Translations under genes and position numbers: made by a program
Notes under the pieces: generated by a model
What the model was told of the DNA's origin: nothing
The model's input: only the letters and a program-made list of their open reading frames with translations
Database searches by the model: none
From: Zymomonas mobilis subsp. mobilis ATCC 10988
Lineage (GTDB): Bacteria > Pseudomonadota > Alphaproteobacteria > Sphingomonadales > Sphingomonadaceae
Direction of reading: 5' to 3'
DNA: 32,000 nt
NCBI RefSeq assembly: GCF_000175255.2
Contig: NC_017262.1
Span: 720,001-752,000, forward strand
In this document: piece after piece, positions 20,201 through 30,329 of the stretch
Position numbering within the stretch: the stretch's first letter is position 1
Layout of the letters: the number at the start of each line of letters is the position of its first letter

Positions 20201-20593
20201 ATCAACCAGCATACCAATGCTTTCCGTGAATCAGGCGGCGCAGCGGCGCTCTCTGGCCATGCTTTAAGCAGCAATATGGCCTATGCGACTTTCGGTTCCC
20301 GACTGGCTTCCCGCGTAACGCTTGGGAAATCGACTGTCCTGACACCCAATGCCACAATCGGTTATCGCCATGCCTTCGGGACAATCACATCTTCCATCAA
20401 AGAAAATTTTCTTAATCAAACGGCGGACTTCAATGTTTCGGGTGTGCCTTTGGCTGAAAATTCGGCGATGGTCAGCGTCGGCCTACAAGCCCAAGTCAAA
20501 AATCGCCTACAGCTAGGCCTTAGCTATAGCGGCCAATATAGCGCGCATTATTCTTCAAGCGGCCTCAAAGGTAATATTTCATGGATCTTCTGA
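17213..20593 (+). CDS. Autotransporter (type Va) with N-terminal pepsin-like aspartic protease passenger
   Basis: 1126 aa: signal peptide; YLFDTGSDSFNI (D62) and TLLDSGTPMIIVG (D298) with flap-like YGYMYGDGTYGYLQSDTSVSNIQF; PATR-type beta repeats (NNNSYTGATNIAEKGWLGIGGTGSI, NNSYSGKTGVAAAAQLILTG); beta-barrel from ~QTLWMQSYGNW to terminal GNISWIF. Confidence 0.88.
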   Translation: MINLRRIITRFFLASCVFYPHALHATEIPLDIINEVEDGFSFTRLGINAGVNNGDPKEYLFDTGSDSFNIAVGMNNSGTMPSWFPQTGTAVSSPYGYMYGDGTYGYLQSDTSVSNIQFYNSTTGSKIANYDTSAGLGVALIQASIATENRLNPNDIGQQISPDTAGLDPSQAYYQDLSWQQSLDAGKAPDENHFYGIMGAGDFIYRGDNGGVPGQLTKSGYIVEANGTTTTPGDCGASCLIVGLTPALRAQFFTQVPWRGIIGSFPLSGANAGRQFDAMFQYALDNGQNTKGMPTLLDSGTPMIIVGSNDLLGQAIDAGATGSDGYINDVDPGHILNITGNVPNGQTVSVVTGDGSQGDQTNVLTLGSNIYTPKNYTLEGVSFFLQNAVMYDLENAVTGYTPFYVSDYNFTNGLDVSSDMGALGLAGVISGSKDVNIHEGGIAYLTNNNSYTGATNIAEKGWLGIGGTGSISQSAVVNVAGSFDIAHSETGQNIRSLSGSGQVVLGDNTLLLSQAQDTFSGSIRDDYAEGSTRAAMVPVPILTGGENQTHGGVIIGGGQEIFSGNNSYSGKTGVAAAAQLILTGRLDKSQVENAGRFENNGETTAIVNSTGIVSGNGLFAGGLTVKQGIVTPGAVLNNGGGNMHVSHNLVLDSAATYLTQIGSNSASMIAVEGKAEINNATLVSLATSEAGRPKLGQNYTILTASDGISGQFGAVKSDLTGNALYPFLTTGVDYQSNIVSLEIERSNIAFTNAAQSRNERNVATVLDAMSPTSSLALPVTLLDFAAARNAFNSLSGEIHASARTALIQNATEIRDMAINRMRAADCIPGASTEKTANRDGQSTGATCDSDQGQTLWMQSYGNWSHNSHSANAAGMSNSVGGFVLGGETSLIPNWHIGGLVGYGHSGFSVSERASSGHSNNVTLGGYANTHWDRLGLRMGATYTWDRLATRRKVLYADFTDQQSSRYNGGTVQAFADIGYRFDIGRVMVEPFGNAAYINQHTNAFRESGGAAALSGHALSSNMAYATFGSRLASRVTLGKSTVLTPNATIGYRHAFGTITSSIKENFLNQTADFNVSGVPLAENSAMVSVGLQAQVKNRLQLGLSYSGQYSAHYSSSGLKGNISWIF

Positions 20594-20635
20594 TTCAATC
20601 ATTTTTCTCCGACCAAACTTCCTCGTAATCTCTTC

Positions 20636-20668
20636 AAGGCGTTACCTTCAAAAGTAACGCCTTTTTTT
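20636..20668 (+). terminator. Intrinsic terminator after the autotransporter gene
   Basis: AAGGCGTTAC-CTTCAAAA-GTAACGCCTTTTTTTT. Confidence 0.9.
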
Positions 20669-20739
20669 TCAAAAAAGAAAATACCCAAACAAAGGACAGG
20701 TGGTTCAAAAAGACACATCCTTCACGTCAATGAAGAAAT

Positions 20740-20763
20740 AAGGCCAAAAACTGGCCTTTTTCG
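20740..20763 (+). terminator. Second intrinsic terminator-like hairpin upstream of rplU
   Basis: AAGGCCA-AAAAC-TGGCCTTTTT. Confidence 0.7.
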
Positions 20764-20896
20764 GCTGATAGCCGATTCAACATATTGACTCACGACTCAC
20801 TTTAGACTAGCAGAGCACACTTAAACCGGCATGTGTGGGTTAACCACGCATGATCCGATCTGTTTATTTCATGCCTTTGAAGAAGTGATAAAAGCC

Positions 20897-21205
20897 ATGT
20901 TCGCTATCGTGCGCACCGGCGGGAAGCAATACCGCGTCGCCGCTGGAGACAAAATTGTTGTCGAAAAAATCGCCGGCGAGGCGGGAACGACAGTTTCGCT
21001 TGAAGATGTCCTGCTTGCCGGTGAGGGTGCTGATCTCCAGCCCGTCAAAGGTTTGACGGTTTCAGCCGAGATCATTGCTCAGGCTAAGGCGGAAAAAGTC
21101 ATCGTCTTCAAGAAACGTCGCCGCCATAACTACCGTCGCCGTAACGGCCACCGTCAGCAGCATACAATCCTCAAGATTGTATCAGTCGGTAACGCCGCTG
21201 CTTAA
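20897..21205 (+). CDS. rplU: 50S ribosomal protein L21
   Basis: [25 protein letters not shown]...; start placed at ATG 20897 rather than the upstream in-frame ATG 20831. Confidence 0.97.
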   Translation: MFAIVRTGGKQYRVAAGDKIVVEKIAGEAGTTVSLEDVLLAGEGADLQPVKGLTVSAEIIAQAKAEKVIVFKKRRRHNYRRRNGHRQQHTILKIVSVGNAAA

Positions 21206-21337
21206 TATTGGATTTCATTTTTTCTGAAACTTTTTCCGGCACTATGCGTATTCTACCCATCAGTGCCAGAATGTTCAGAATTTTAACCGGCAAAGTCGTT
21301 ACTTTTTAAAAGTCGGCTTTTCTAGGGAGATTACATA

Positions 21338-21607
21338 ATGGCACATAAGAAAGCAGGCGGTTCATCGCGTAACGGCCGCGATTCAGCTGGTCGTCGCCTT
21401 GGTGTTAAAAAATTTGGTGGTGAAAGCGTTATTGGCGGTAACATTATTATTCGCCAGCGCGGTACCAAAGTTTACGCCGGTCGCAATGTAGGTATGGGCA
21501 AAGACCATACTTTATTTGCAACAGCCGAAGGCCGTGTCGTTTTCCATAAAGGAAAACTCGGACGCAGCTATGTCAGCGTCGATGCCTTGCCATTGGCAGC
21601 TGAATAA
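21338..21607 (+). CDS. rpmA: 50S ribosomal protein L27
   Basis: [29 protein letters not shown]... Confidence 0.99.
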   Translation: MAHKKAGGSSRNGRDSAGRRLGVKKFGGESVIGGNIIIRQRGTKVYAGRNVGMGKDHTLFATAEGRVVFHKGKLGRSYVSVDALPLAAE

Positions 21608-21671
21608 CGGATGATCCGTTGGGTCGTCCGTCAAAGGGCGACCCGATTATGACTGTTGAAAAGCAGTCACA

Positions 21672-21708
21672 AAAGGGAGCAGCCTTCTAAAAGGCCGCTC
21701 TTTTTTTT
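21672..21708 (+). terminator. Intrinsic terminator after rpmA
   Basis: AAAGGGAGC(A)GCCTT-CTAAA-AGGC(C)GCTCTTTTTTTT. Confidence 0.8.
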
Positions 21709-21799
21709 GATCGGTTAGTCGCTCATATAATTCGTCTTTTGTCATGATACTGTCTTTTAAGGCAGCTACAAACGGGGGGCGATCAAGGAGCTTAAACCG

Positions 21800-22408
21800 A
21801 TGTTCGCTTATAGCGCACGTTTATTTTTGAGGCCGCTTTGGTCAGATGACCTCGGCGTTTTACTCGATCTGCTGGATACTGCCTCATCACGCAGCGGATT
21901 ACTCGACTCTCCGGATAACGATGTAACCTGTTATTTACGGGATAACGCCGCACGGCTTATTCACGAAAATGACGTTACCCGCCCCCATTCCGGCATTTTT
22001 TTGCGGGATGGGAAAGAACCCCGCCTTATCGGCATCACTGCCCTTGCGGGAAAAGAAGCGCATTTCTTCTGCTGGATTGCCCCCGCTTTTCGGGGACAGG
22101 GCTTTGCCACCGAAGCCAGCCGACTGATGCTTCATTTCGCGGATGAGGCTTTGCGCCTTCCGTCACTGACGGCAGCCTACGATCACGCAGATGCTGCGGC
22201 TGAAAAATTGCTGACCAAGCTCGGCTTTTCTGAAAAACAGAAAACGCCGCCAACGGCTGCTTGGGGTGCTGCCAATACATCGGTATCTTTTTTACCAGAA
22301 AATTTTATCAAGGAAGAACGCGTCAGGGTCTTTTCCTCCTGTCAGCCATCTCCTCAACACAGTAAATCACAGACTATTTCAAACAGAAGCGCGACACTAG
22401 CTGCGTAA
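21800..22408 (+). CDS. GNAT family N-acetyltransferase
   Basis: RLFLRPLWSDDL..., IAPAFRGQGFATEASRLMLHFA (acetyl-CoA binding motif A), AEKLLTKLGF. Confidence 0.85.
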   Translation: MFAYSARLFLRPLWSDDLGVLLDLLDTASSRSGLLDSPDNDVTCYLRDNAARLIHENDVTRPHSGIFLRDGKEPRLIGITALAGKEAHFFCWIAPAFRGQGFATEASRLMLHFADEALRLPSLTAAYDHADAAAEKLLTKLGFSEKQKTPPTAAWGAANTSVSFLPENFIKEERVRVFSSCQPSPQHSKSQTISNRSATLAA

Positions 22409-22466
22409 TATGATAACGGGGATATTATTGATGAAATGATATCCCCTGCTATCATCAGGCTTTTAA

Positions 22467-24717
<2,251 letters not shown>

Positions 24718-24721
<4 letters not shown>

Positions 24722-25641
24722 AAATTGCACTGACGGGGGGAACAGGTTTTATTGGCGGCCACGTCTTCGACAATACCGCAGGTCGCGGTATTGGTATCAA
24801 GGCTTTGACCCGACGACCACAACCCGCAAGACCGGGGGTAGAGTGGATTCGTGGTAGCCTTGAAGATGAAGACAGCCTCAAAAAACTGGTTTCATCCTGT
24901 CAGGCCGTTATTCACATGGCTGGGGCTGTCAAAGCCGAAAACAGGGAAGCCTTCGCGCATATCAATCTGACCGGCACAGAAAAACTTCTCGCAGCCACCA
25001 AGGCCGCCGGAATAAAACGCTTTATTCATGTCTCATCTTTGGCGGCCAGAGAAGCCGAACTCTCGGATTATGGCTGGTCAAAAGCCCAATCAGAAGAAAA
25101 GGTAAGATCCTCTGGGCTTGACTGGACGATTATCCGACCACCTGCCGTTTACGGTTCAGGGGATCGGGAAATGCTCGAGATGTTTAGAATGGCGGTCATG
25201 GGATTGATGATTATGCCGCCCAAAGGCAGGTTATCCCTGATTGCTGCCGATGACCTTTCGCGCCTTATCCTGACATTAGTCGATCGAGATATCAGCCAGC
25301 CAAGCTATCACCAACTTTATGAAGTTGATGACGGCCGCCCCGAAGGCTGGAGCCAAAATGAATTCGCCCAAGCCTTGGGACATGCCGTTGGGCGCCCTTC
25401 TATAAAGGTCGTCCATCTTCCTAAAAAATTGCTATCTTTTGCCTCCAAAGCAGAAGGCTGGCTGCATGGAAATCAAGCGCGGCTAACACAAGATCGCGTC
25501 CGTTATTTCTGCCATCCTGATTGGGTCATCAATCCGACTTTGAGACCCCCTACTACCCTTTGGGAGCCTCAAATCCCACTTGAAGAAGGATTGAACCAAA
25601 CCGCTATCTGGTATCGCTCCCGTGGTTGGCTCAAAAGATAG
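24718..25641 (+). CDS. NAD(P)-dependent epimerase/dehydratase family (extended SDR) protein
   Basis: N-terminal TGGTGFIGGHV Rossmann motif; HVSSLAAREAELSDYGWSKAQSEE. Start overlaps the proB stop (ATGA). Confidence 0.9.
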
Positions 25642-25644
25642 CAG

Positions 25645-26292
25645 TTAGCAAACAGATAAAGATCGTAATTCCTTCAAAGCCATACGGATACTGACCCAAG
25701 CCCCCTGCAAAGCTAATAAAGCCATAATAAAGGCAACGGAATAGTCAGGCCAGCCTTTCACCCAATGAAACACGCCAAAGGCCGCTAATAAAACAGCACA
25801 ATTACCGATCACATCATTCCGCGAACAAATCCACGCAGAATGCATATTGGCGTCCTCTGATCTGAACCGCCATAATAATAAAAATGAAACGACATTAACT
25901 AACAAGGCAACCGAACCGACAATACCCATGGTCGTCGCTTCTGGGACAATAGCATGCGCTATATGCCAAAGGGTAATAGCCAAGACCCATGCGCCTAACA
26001 GCCCCATAGTAGCGCCTTTTAGAACCGCCGCCCACGCGGTTACCCGCAGCGAATACCCTATAACCAGCAAACTAATGGCATAGTTAAGGGCATCCCCTAA
26101 AAAATCCAAAGCATCCCCTTGCAAAGAAGCCGATTTTGAAAAAAATCCGGTAGCAATCTCGGCTAAAAACATCATGCTATTAAGAATAAAAACAACCCAT
26201 AAGGCCTTTTTATATCCCTCGGGTATAGCTTTCTTTGTTGAAAAATCAGGCTCGCAACAACATTTCCTACCCATCATATCTGCTCGTGTCAT
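25645..26292 (-). CDS. Cation diffusion facilitator-like transporter, TM domain only
   Basis: 215-aa membrane protein with SASLQGDALDFLGDALNYAISLLV and ANMHSAWICSRNDVIGN metal-site-like segments; Cys-rich N-terminus (GRKCCCEPDF). Confidence 0.82.
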   Translation of the reverse strand: MTRADMMGRKCCCEPDFSTKKAIPEGYKKALWVVFILNSMMFLAEIATGFFSKSASLQGDALDFLGDALNYAISLLVIGYSLRVTAWAAVLKGATMGLLGAWVLAITLWHIAHAIVPEATTMGIVGSVALLVNVVSFLLLWRFRSEDANMHSAWICSRNDVIGNCAVLLAAFGVFHWVKGWPDYSVAFIMALLALQGAWVSIRMALKELRSLSVC

Positions 26293-26309
26293 GAGGAATC
26301 AAGACAGCT

Positions 26310-26340
26310 AAAATGCAGTCTATAGTTACTATAGGGTCAA
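26310..26340 (-). promoter_or_regulatory. MerR-type promoter/operator for the CDF gene
   Basis: Minus strand: TTGACC (-35, 26335-26340), 15-bp perfect dyad CTATAGT-A-ACTATAG (26320-26334), then a -10-like CATTTT (26311-26316) after a 19-nt spacer. Long spacer plus central dyad is the MerR-family architecture. Confidence 0.75.
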
Positions 26341-26343
26341 GCG

Positions 26344-26775
26344 ATGAATACGGATTATTTCACGATCGGCAAATTAGCCAAAGAGACTGATACCAAAGTC
26401 GTTACGATCCGCTATTACGAATCTATTGGGCTGCTCCCTGCCCCGCTTCGCACAGGCCATAATTATAGACTTTATAACCGCGACCATTTTAAGAGATTAT
26501 CTTTCATTCGCCGCTGCCGGTCATTGGGCTTCCCATTATCTCAAATTCGCGAGATTATCGCATTGACCGACCAACCCGATGAGGATTGTCAAAAAGTCGA
26601 TAAAATCGCGCGCGGCCATTTAGATATCATCGAATCCAAAATTCAGGATTTAACCCAGCTCGCTTCCGAACTCAGGCAAAAAATAACCGCCTGTCAGGGC
26701 GGGACAATAGCACAATGCTGTATTCTCAAAAATTTATCAAAGCAGAATAAAACGCCCATAGAATCAACCTCATAA
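26344..26775 (+). CDS. MerR family transcriptional regulator (metal-responsive type)
   Basis: FTIGKLAKETDTKVVTIRYYESIGLLPAPLRTGHNYRLY...; cysteines at DEDC, TACQGG and QCC compatible with metal sensing. Confidence 0.93.
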   Translation: MNTDYFTIGKLAKETDTKVVTIRYYESIGLLPAPLRTGHNYRLYNRDHFKRLSFIRRCRSLGFPLSQIREIIALTDQPDEDCQKVDKIARGHLDIIESKIQDLTQLASELRQKITACQGGTIAQCCILKNLSKQNKTPIESTS

Positions 26776-26833
26776 AAAAAACGGGTCGGTGATAAAACCG
26801 ACCCGCTTGAGGATTAAGCGCTTTTTATTGGAA

Positions 26834-28726
26834 TTAGAATTCTGACCAATCATCATCCGCCATAGGCTTAGGGGCCGGATTGGGTTTGGCTGCCGCTTTC
26901 GCCGGAGCAGATTTGGCGCTGCTTCTTGAGGCAGGCCGTGCCGCTGGCTTCTTCGGAGCGGAAGTTACCGCTGGCGTGCTGGCGAACTGCCGCGTATTCC
27001 CATTCCCCAGCTTAAACATGCTGACCTGTTCCATCATAGCGATGGTTTCATTGGCCAGATTACGGGCTGCCGCGGTTGATTCTTCAACCATCGCAGCGTT
27101 CTGCTGGGTCACGCCGTCCATTTCGGAAACAGCCGTGTTGACCTGTTTCAAACCAACAGCCTGTTCTTCCGCCATGGCAGCAGCTTCCGTTGCCCTCTTA
27201 CCAAGTTCATGAACCTGACTGACAATGCGTTGCAGTGCCTGTCCAGTCTCATTCACGAGAACAACGCCGCCATCAACCTCGCCTGCGCTGGCCGTGATTT
27301 TTTCTTTCACATCCTTAGCGGCTTCAGCCGAACGCTGTGCCAAAGCCCGAACTTCCGAGGCCACAACCGCAAATCCCTTACCAGCATCACCGGCACGGGC
27401 GGCTTCAACACCAGCATTCAAAGCCAGCAAGTTTGTCTGGAAAGCAATGCCATCAATAATGCTGATGATCTGTGCGATTTCGTTGGAAGAGCTTTCGATT
27501 TTGGCCATAGCATCAATCGCTCTATGAACAATATCGCCGCTCTTTTCGGCTTCACCACGAACTTTATCTATCATTTGTTTAGCATCTTTGGCACCAACAG
27601 CCGCTTGATCGACGGTCTTAGAAATCTCTTCCATAGCAGCCGAAGTTTCTTCAAGGCTGGCAGCTTGCTGTTCCGTCCGCTGAGACAGATCATCAGAAGC
27701 CTGACGAATTTCACTTGCCCCATTCTGAATATTTTCAGCCGATTTTATAATCTGGGATACCGTCTGTTCTAAAATATTCAGGGAATCATTAAAGTTTTCC
27801 TGAATTTCCGAGAAAGAGCCAGACAAATTACCTCTAATCCGCGTTGTCAGATCACAATTACGCAGACCTTCCAAGGCCTCACCAATACCAGAGAACAGAG
27901 AATCCAACTCCATCTGCTTTTGCTTTTCAGCATTCCGCATCCGGTCACGGAATGTATTCAAAGTATCAAGCAAGGTGCCGATTTCATCTTCACGGGGATC
28001 AAGGGCAACCTTTACATCCATATTACCTTCGGCCAATTCAGCCAAAGCATTGGTAATAATACCCAAAGGCTGGACGACTGCCTTAATCATAATATTAGCG
28101 ATTAACAGAGAAAGCAAAATAGCCAATATCGTCACAATAATCGTCAGGATACGAACATAATTATATGAATGCTCCATATCAGCGACTTTGTTGGCATTCG
28201 CCTGTTTTTCAACAGCCTGTAAATTACCAAGTGCTGAAGTCACCTGATCAAAAGCAGGAAGTTCTTTCCAGAAGAAATCGCGGCCTTCATTCGTTCGCCC
28301 CTGTTGAATCGCATCCAACGTGGCTTTATTTAAAATAGCATAATTCTGCCAGCTTGTTAAAAAGCGACGTGTCGCATCGAAAACATCCTGACTGGCTTCA
28401 CTCTGCTCCAATGCGTGAATATTGTCTTCTATCCGGCTACGATAGACTGTCATTTCCTGACGGGCAGCCTGAATGGCCTGTGGGTCGGGAACCATAACAT
28501 AACGTGTTTCAGCAGAACGATAATCAGCTGTTGCACGAGAAATATCGCTGACAGACTGTGCTCTGGCGCGCTGGGCGACACATAAATCTTTCGCGATTGA
28601 TACAAATTTCCACTGGACACGAAGAGACCCAAATCCTCCTATAATTAACAGAAGAATAGGTAGGACCATAATGAAGTGTGCTTTGGTAGAAACTTTCAAA
28701 TTTTTTATTAAATTTGAAATACCCAT
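26834..28726 (-). CDS. Methyl-accepting chemotaxis protein
   Basis: Two TM segments, HAMP region, signalling hairpin IDGIAFQTNLLALNAGVEAARAGDAGKGFAVVASEVRALAQRSAEAAKDVK. Confidence 0.96.
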   Translation of the reverse strand: MGISNLIKNLKVSTKAHFIMVLPILLLIIGGFGSLRVQWKFVSIAKDLCVAQRARAQSVSDISRATADYRSAETRYVMVPDPQAIQAARQEMTVYRSRIEDNIHALEQSEASQDVFDATRRFLTSWQNYAILNKATLDAIQQGRTNEGRDFFWKELPAFDQVTSALGNLQAVEKQANANKVADMEHSYNYVRILTIIVTILAILLSLLIANIMIKAVVQPLGIITNALAELAEGNMDVKVALDPREDEIGTLLDTLNTFRDRMRNAEKQKQMELDSLFSGIGEALEGLRNCDLTTRIRGNLSGSFSEIQENFNDSLNILEQTVSQIIKSAENIQNGASEIRQASDDLSQRTEQQAASLEETSAAMEEISKTVDQAAVGAKDAKQMIDKVRGEAEKSGDIVHRAIDAMAKIESSSNEIAQIISIIDGIAFQTNLLALNAGVEAARAGDAGKGFAVVASEVRALAQRSAEAAKDVKEKITASAGEVDGGVVLVNETGQALQRIVSQVHELGKRATEAAAMAEEQAVGLKQVNTAVSEMDGVTQQNAAMVEESTAAARNLANETIAMMEQVSMFKLGNGNTRQFASTPAVTSAPKKPAARPASRSSAKSAPAKAAAKPNPAPKPMADDDWSEF

Positions 28727-29673
28727 AAATTCACCGTTTTTTCAAAGGAGCAGGAAAGGCGTTATTTTATTCAAACGACATTTTTTAAATTTTATTTACT
28801 GAAAATTCCTATGCAAAGGCAGTCGGCCATCCGAACAACATCCCAAAGGGATGTTATTTTGACGAAGAGATTCAGTATTTAAATTTCGTGAAATTTTTAT
28901 TAACTTTCTTGGTCTAGCTAAAATTTTGTTATTTTATATTCAGAAATATAGGGAGTAGCAACTACATCTGTATAAAATTGACAATAAAATATTCTTCTTA
29001 AGAAGAATTACGTTCTTACTGTAAATCATAATTTACTTCTATTTTTGGAAATAAAAATAGCGTTTTAGGAAAAACCTTCTATTTATTTGGATTGGCCAAA
29101 AATAAAATTATAAAAATAATATTTTATAATATATAAAATTATATTTTAAAAAAACTAAATTAAAAATAACTTAAAATTAAAATTGGCCGTTTTCTCTCTG
29201 TAAAAGCAATGAATAGGCACGCCCCACAACCAGACAGCAATCTTTTGTAAAAAAAAGAAGAATGCGCCCTACAAAGCACACATATCCAATCCCCTCATAA
29301 GAATAGAATATTTCAAGAATACAGGCTTAATCTCAAATATAAACCAGACCTTTTTTAAACAATTTAAAATTAAAAAATGTTTCAATAGCCATTAGACTAA
29401 AAAGAAAAATTAGTAGAAAGCATTTCAAAAGAACAAAAACTATTTTTAAATAAAAATTACTCCATAAAAATAAAAATGGAGATACACTGAACTCAATTTT
29501 ACAAAGCATATGGGATTTTTATTTTTTACATTTCATTTTGAATAAAAAGACCTTGATCTCAAAATCAAGATACAGCGGTAAATCTTATTTACGCTTTTCA
29601 TACTGTCAAAAAAATTTTCTTTTCCAATCACCAAGAGAAACAACAGAAGAACTATCCCTAGGATGGAAAAGCT

Positions 29674-30303
29674 GTGCTAAAAGAAGACAGTTTGTCCGTT
29701 TTAAAAAGTCTTTATAAGATGATCCTTGTCATTGATAATTACGATAGTTTCACATGGAATATTGTCCATTACCTACAGGAATTAGGCGCAACAATAGACG
29801 TCGTCCGCAATGATGCTCTAACGGTAGAAGAAGCCTTGGCAACCCATGCCCAAGCCTTTGTGATTTCTCCTGGCCCCAAAACGCCGAATGAAGCGGGCAT
29901 TTCTCTTGATCTGGTCGCGGCCTGCGTCAAAAATAAACGTCCTCTTCTGGGTGTTTGTCTGGGGCATCAGGCTATCGGCCAATATTTTGGCGGCTCAGTC
30001 GTCCGAGCCGAACATTTAATGCATGGTAAGACCTCTTCTATCCACCATGATGATAGCGGCCTTTTTGCAGGCCTGCCCTCTCCACTGACAGCCACACGCT
30101 ATCACTCTTTAGTCGTGGACAAGAAAAATTTTCCTTCCGAACTGGTCGTGAATGCATGGGATGAAGACGGCACTATCATGGGATTAAGGCATAAAAGCCT
30201 TCCGATCCACGGCTTACAATTCCATCCTGAAAGTATTGCCACCGATTTTGGGCATGAAATGCTTGGTAATTTCATCAAAATTGCGCAAGAAAATAATCAA
30301 TAA
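29674..30303 (+). CDS. trpG: Anthranilate/aminodeoxychorismate synthase component II
   Basis: [41 protein letters not shown]. The likely start is ATG 29719; the supplied start is GTG 29674. Confidence 0.93.
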   Translation: MLKEDSLSVLKSLYKMILVIDNYDSFTWNIVHYLQELGATIDVVRNDALTVEEALATHAQAFVISPGPKTPNEAGISLDLVAACVKNKRPLLGVCLGHQAIGQYFGGSVVRAEHLMHGKTSSIHHDDSGLFAGLPSPLTATRYHSLVVDKKNFPSELVVNAWDEDGTIMGLRHKSLPIHGLQFHPESIATDFGHEMLGNFIKIAQENNQ

Positions 30304-30329
30304 CGACGGCTGAATAGCAGGGCTTTTTT

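Noticed and set aside
20831-20896. N-terminal extension of rplU in the supplied ORF
   Set aside because: The L21 family starts at [11 protein letters not shown]; the extension overlaps the leader hairpin.
27209-27772. 187-aa plus-strand ORF antisense to the chemotaxis receptor
   Set aside because: Lies wholly within the strongly supported MCP signalling domain; shadow ORF.
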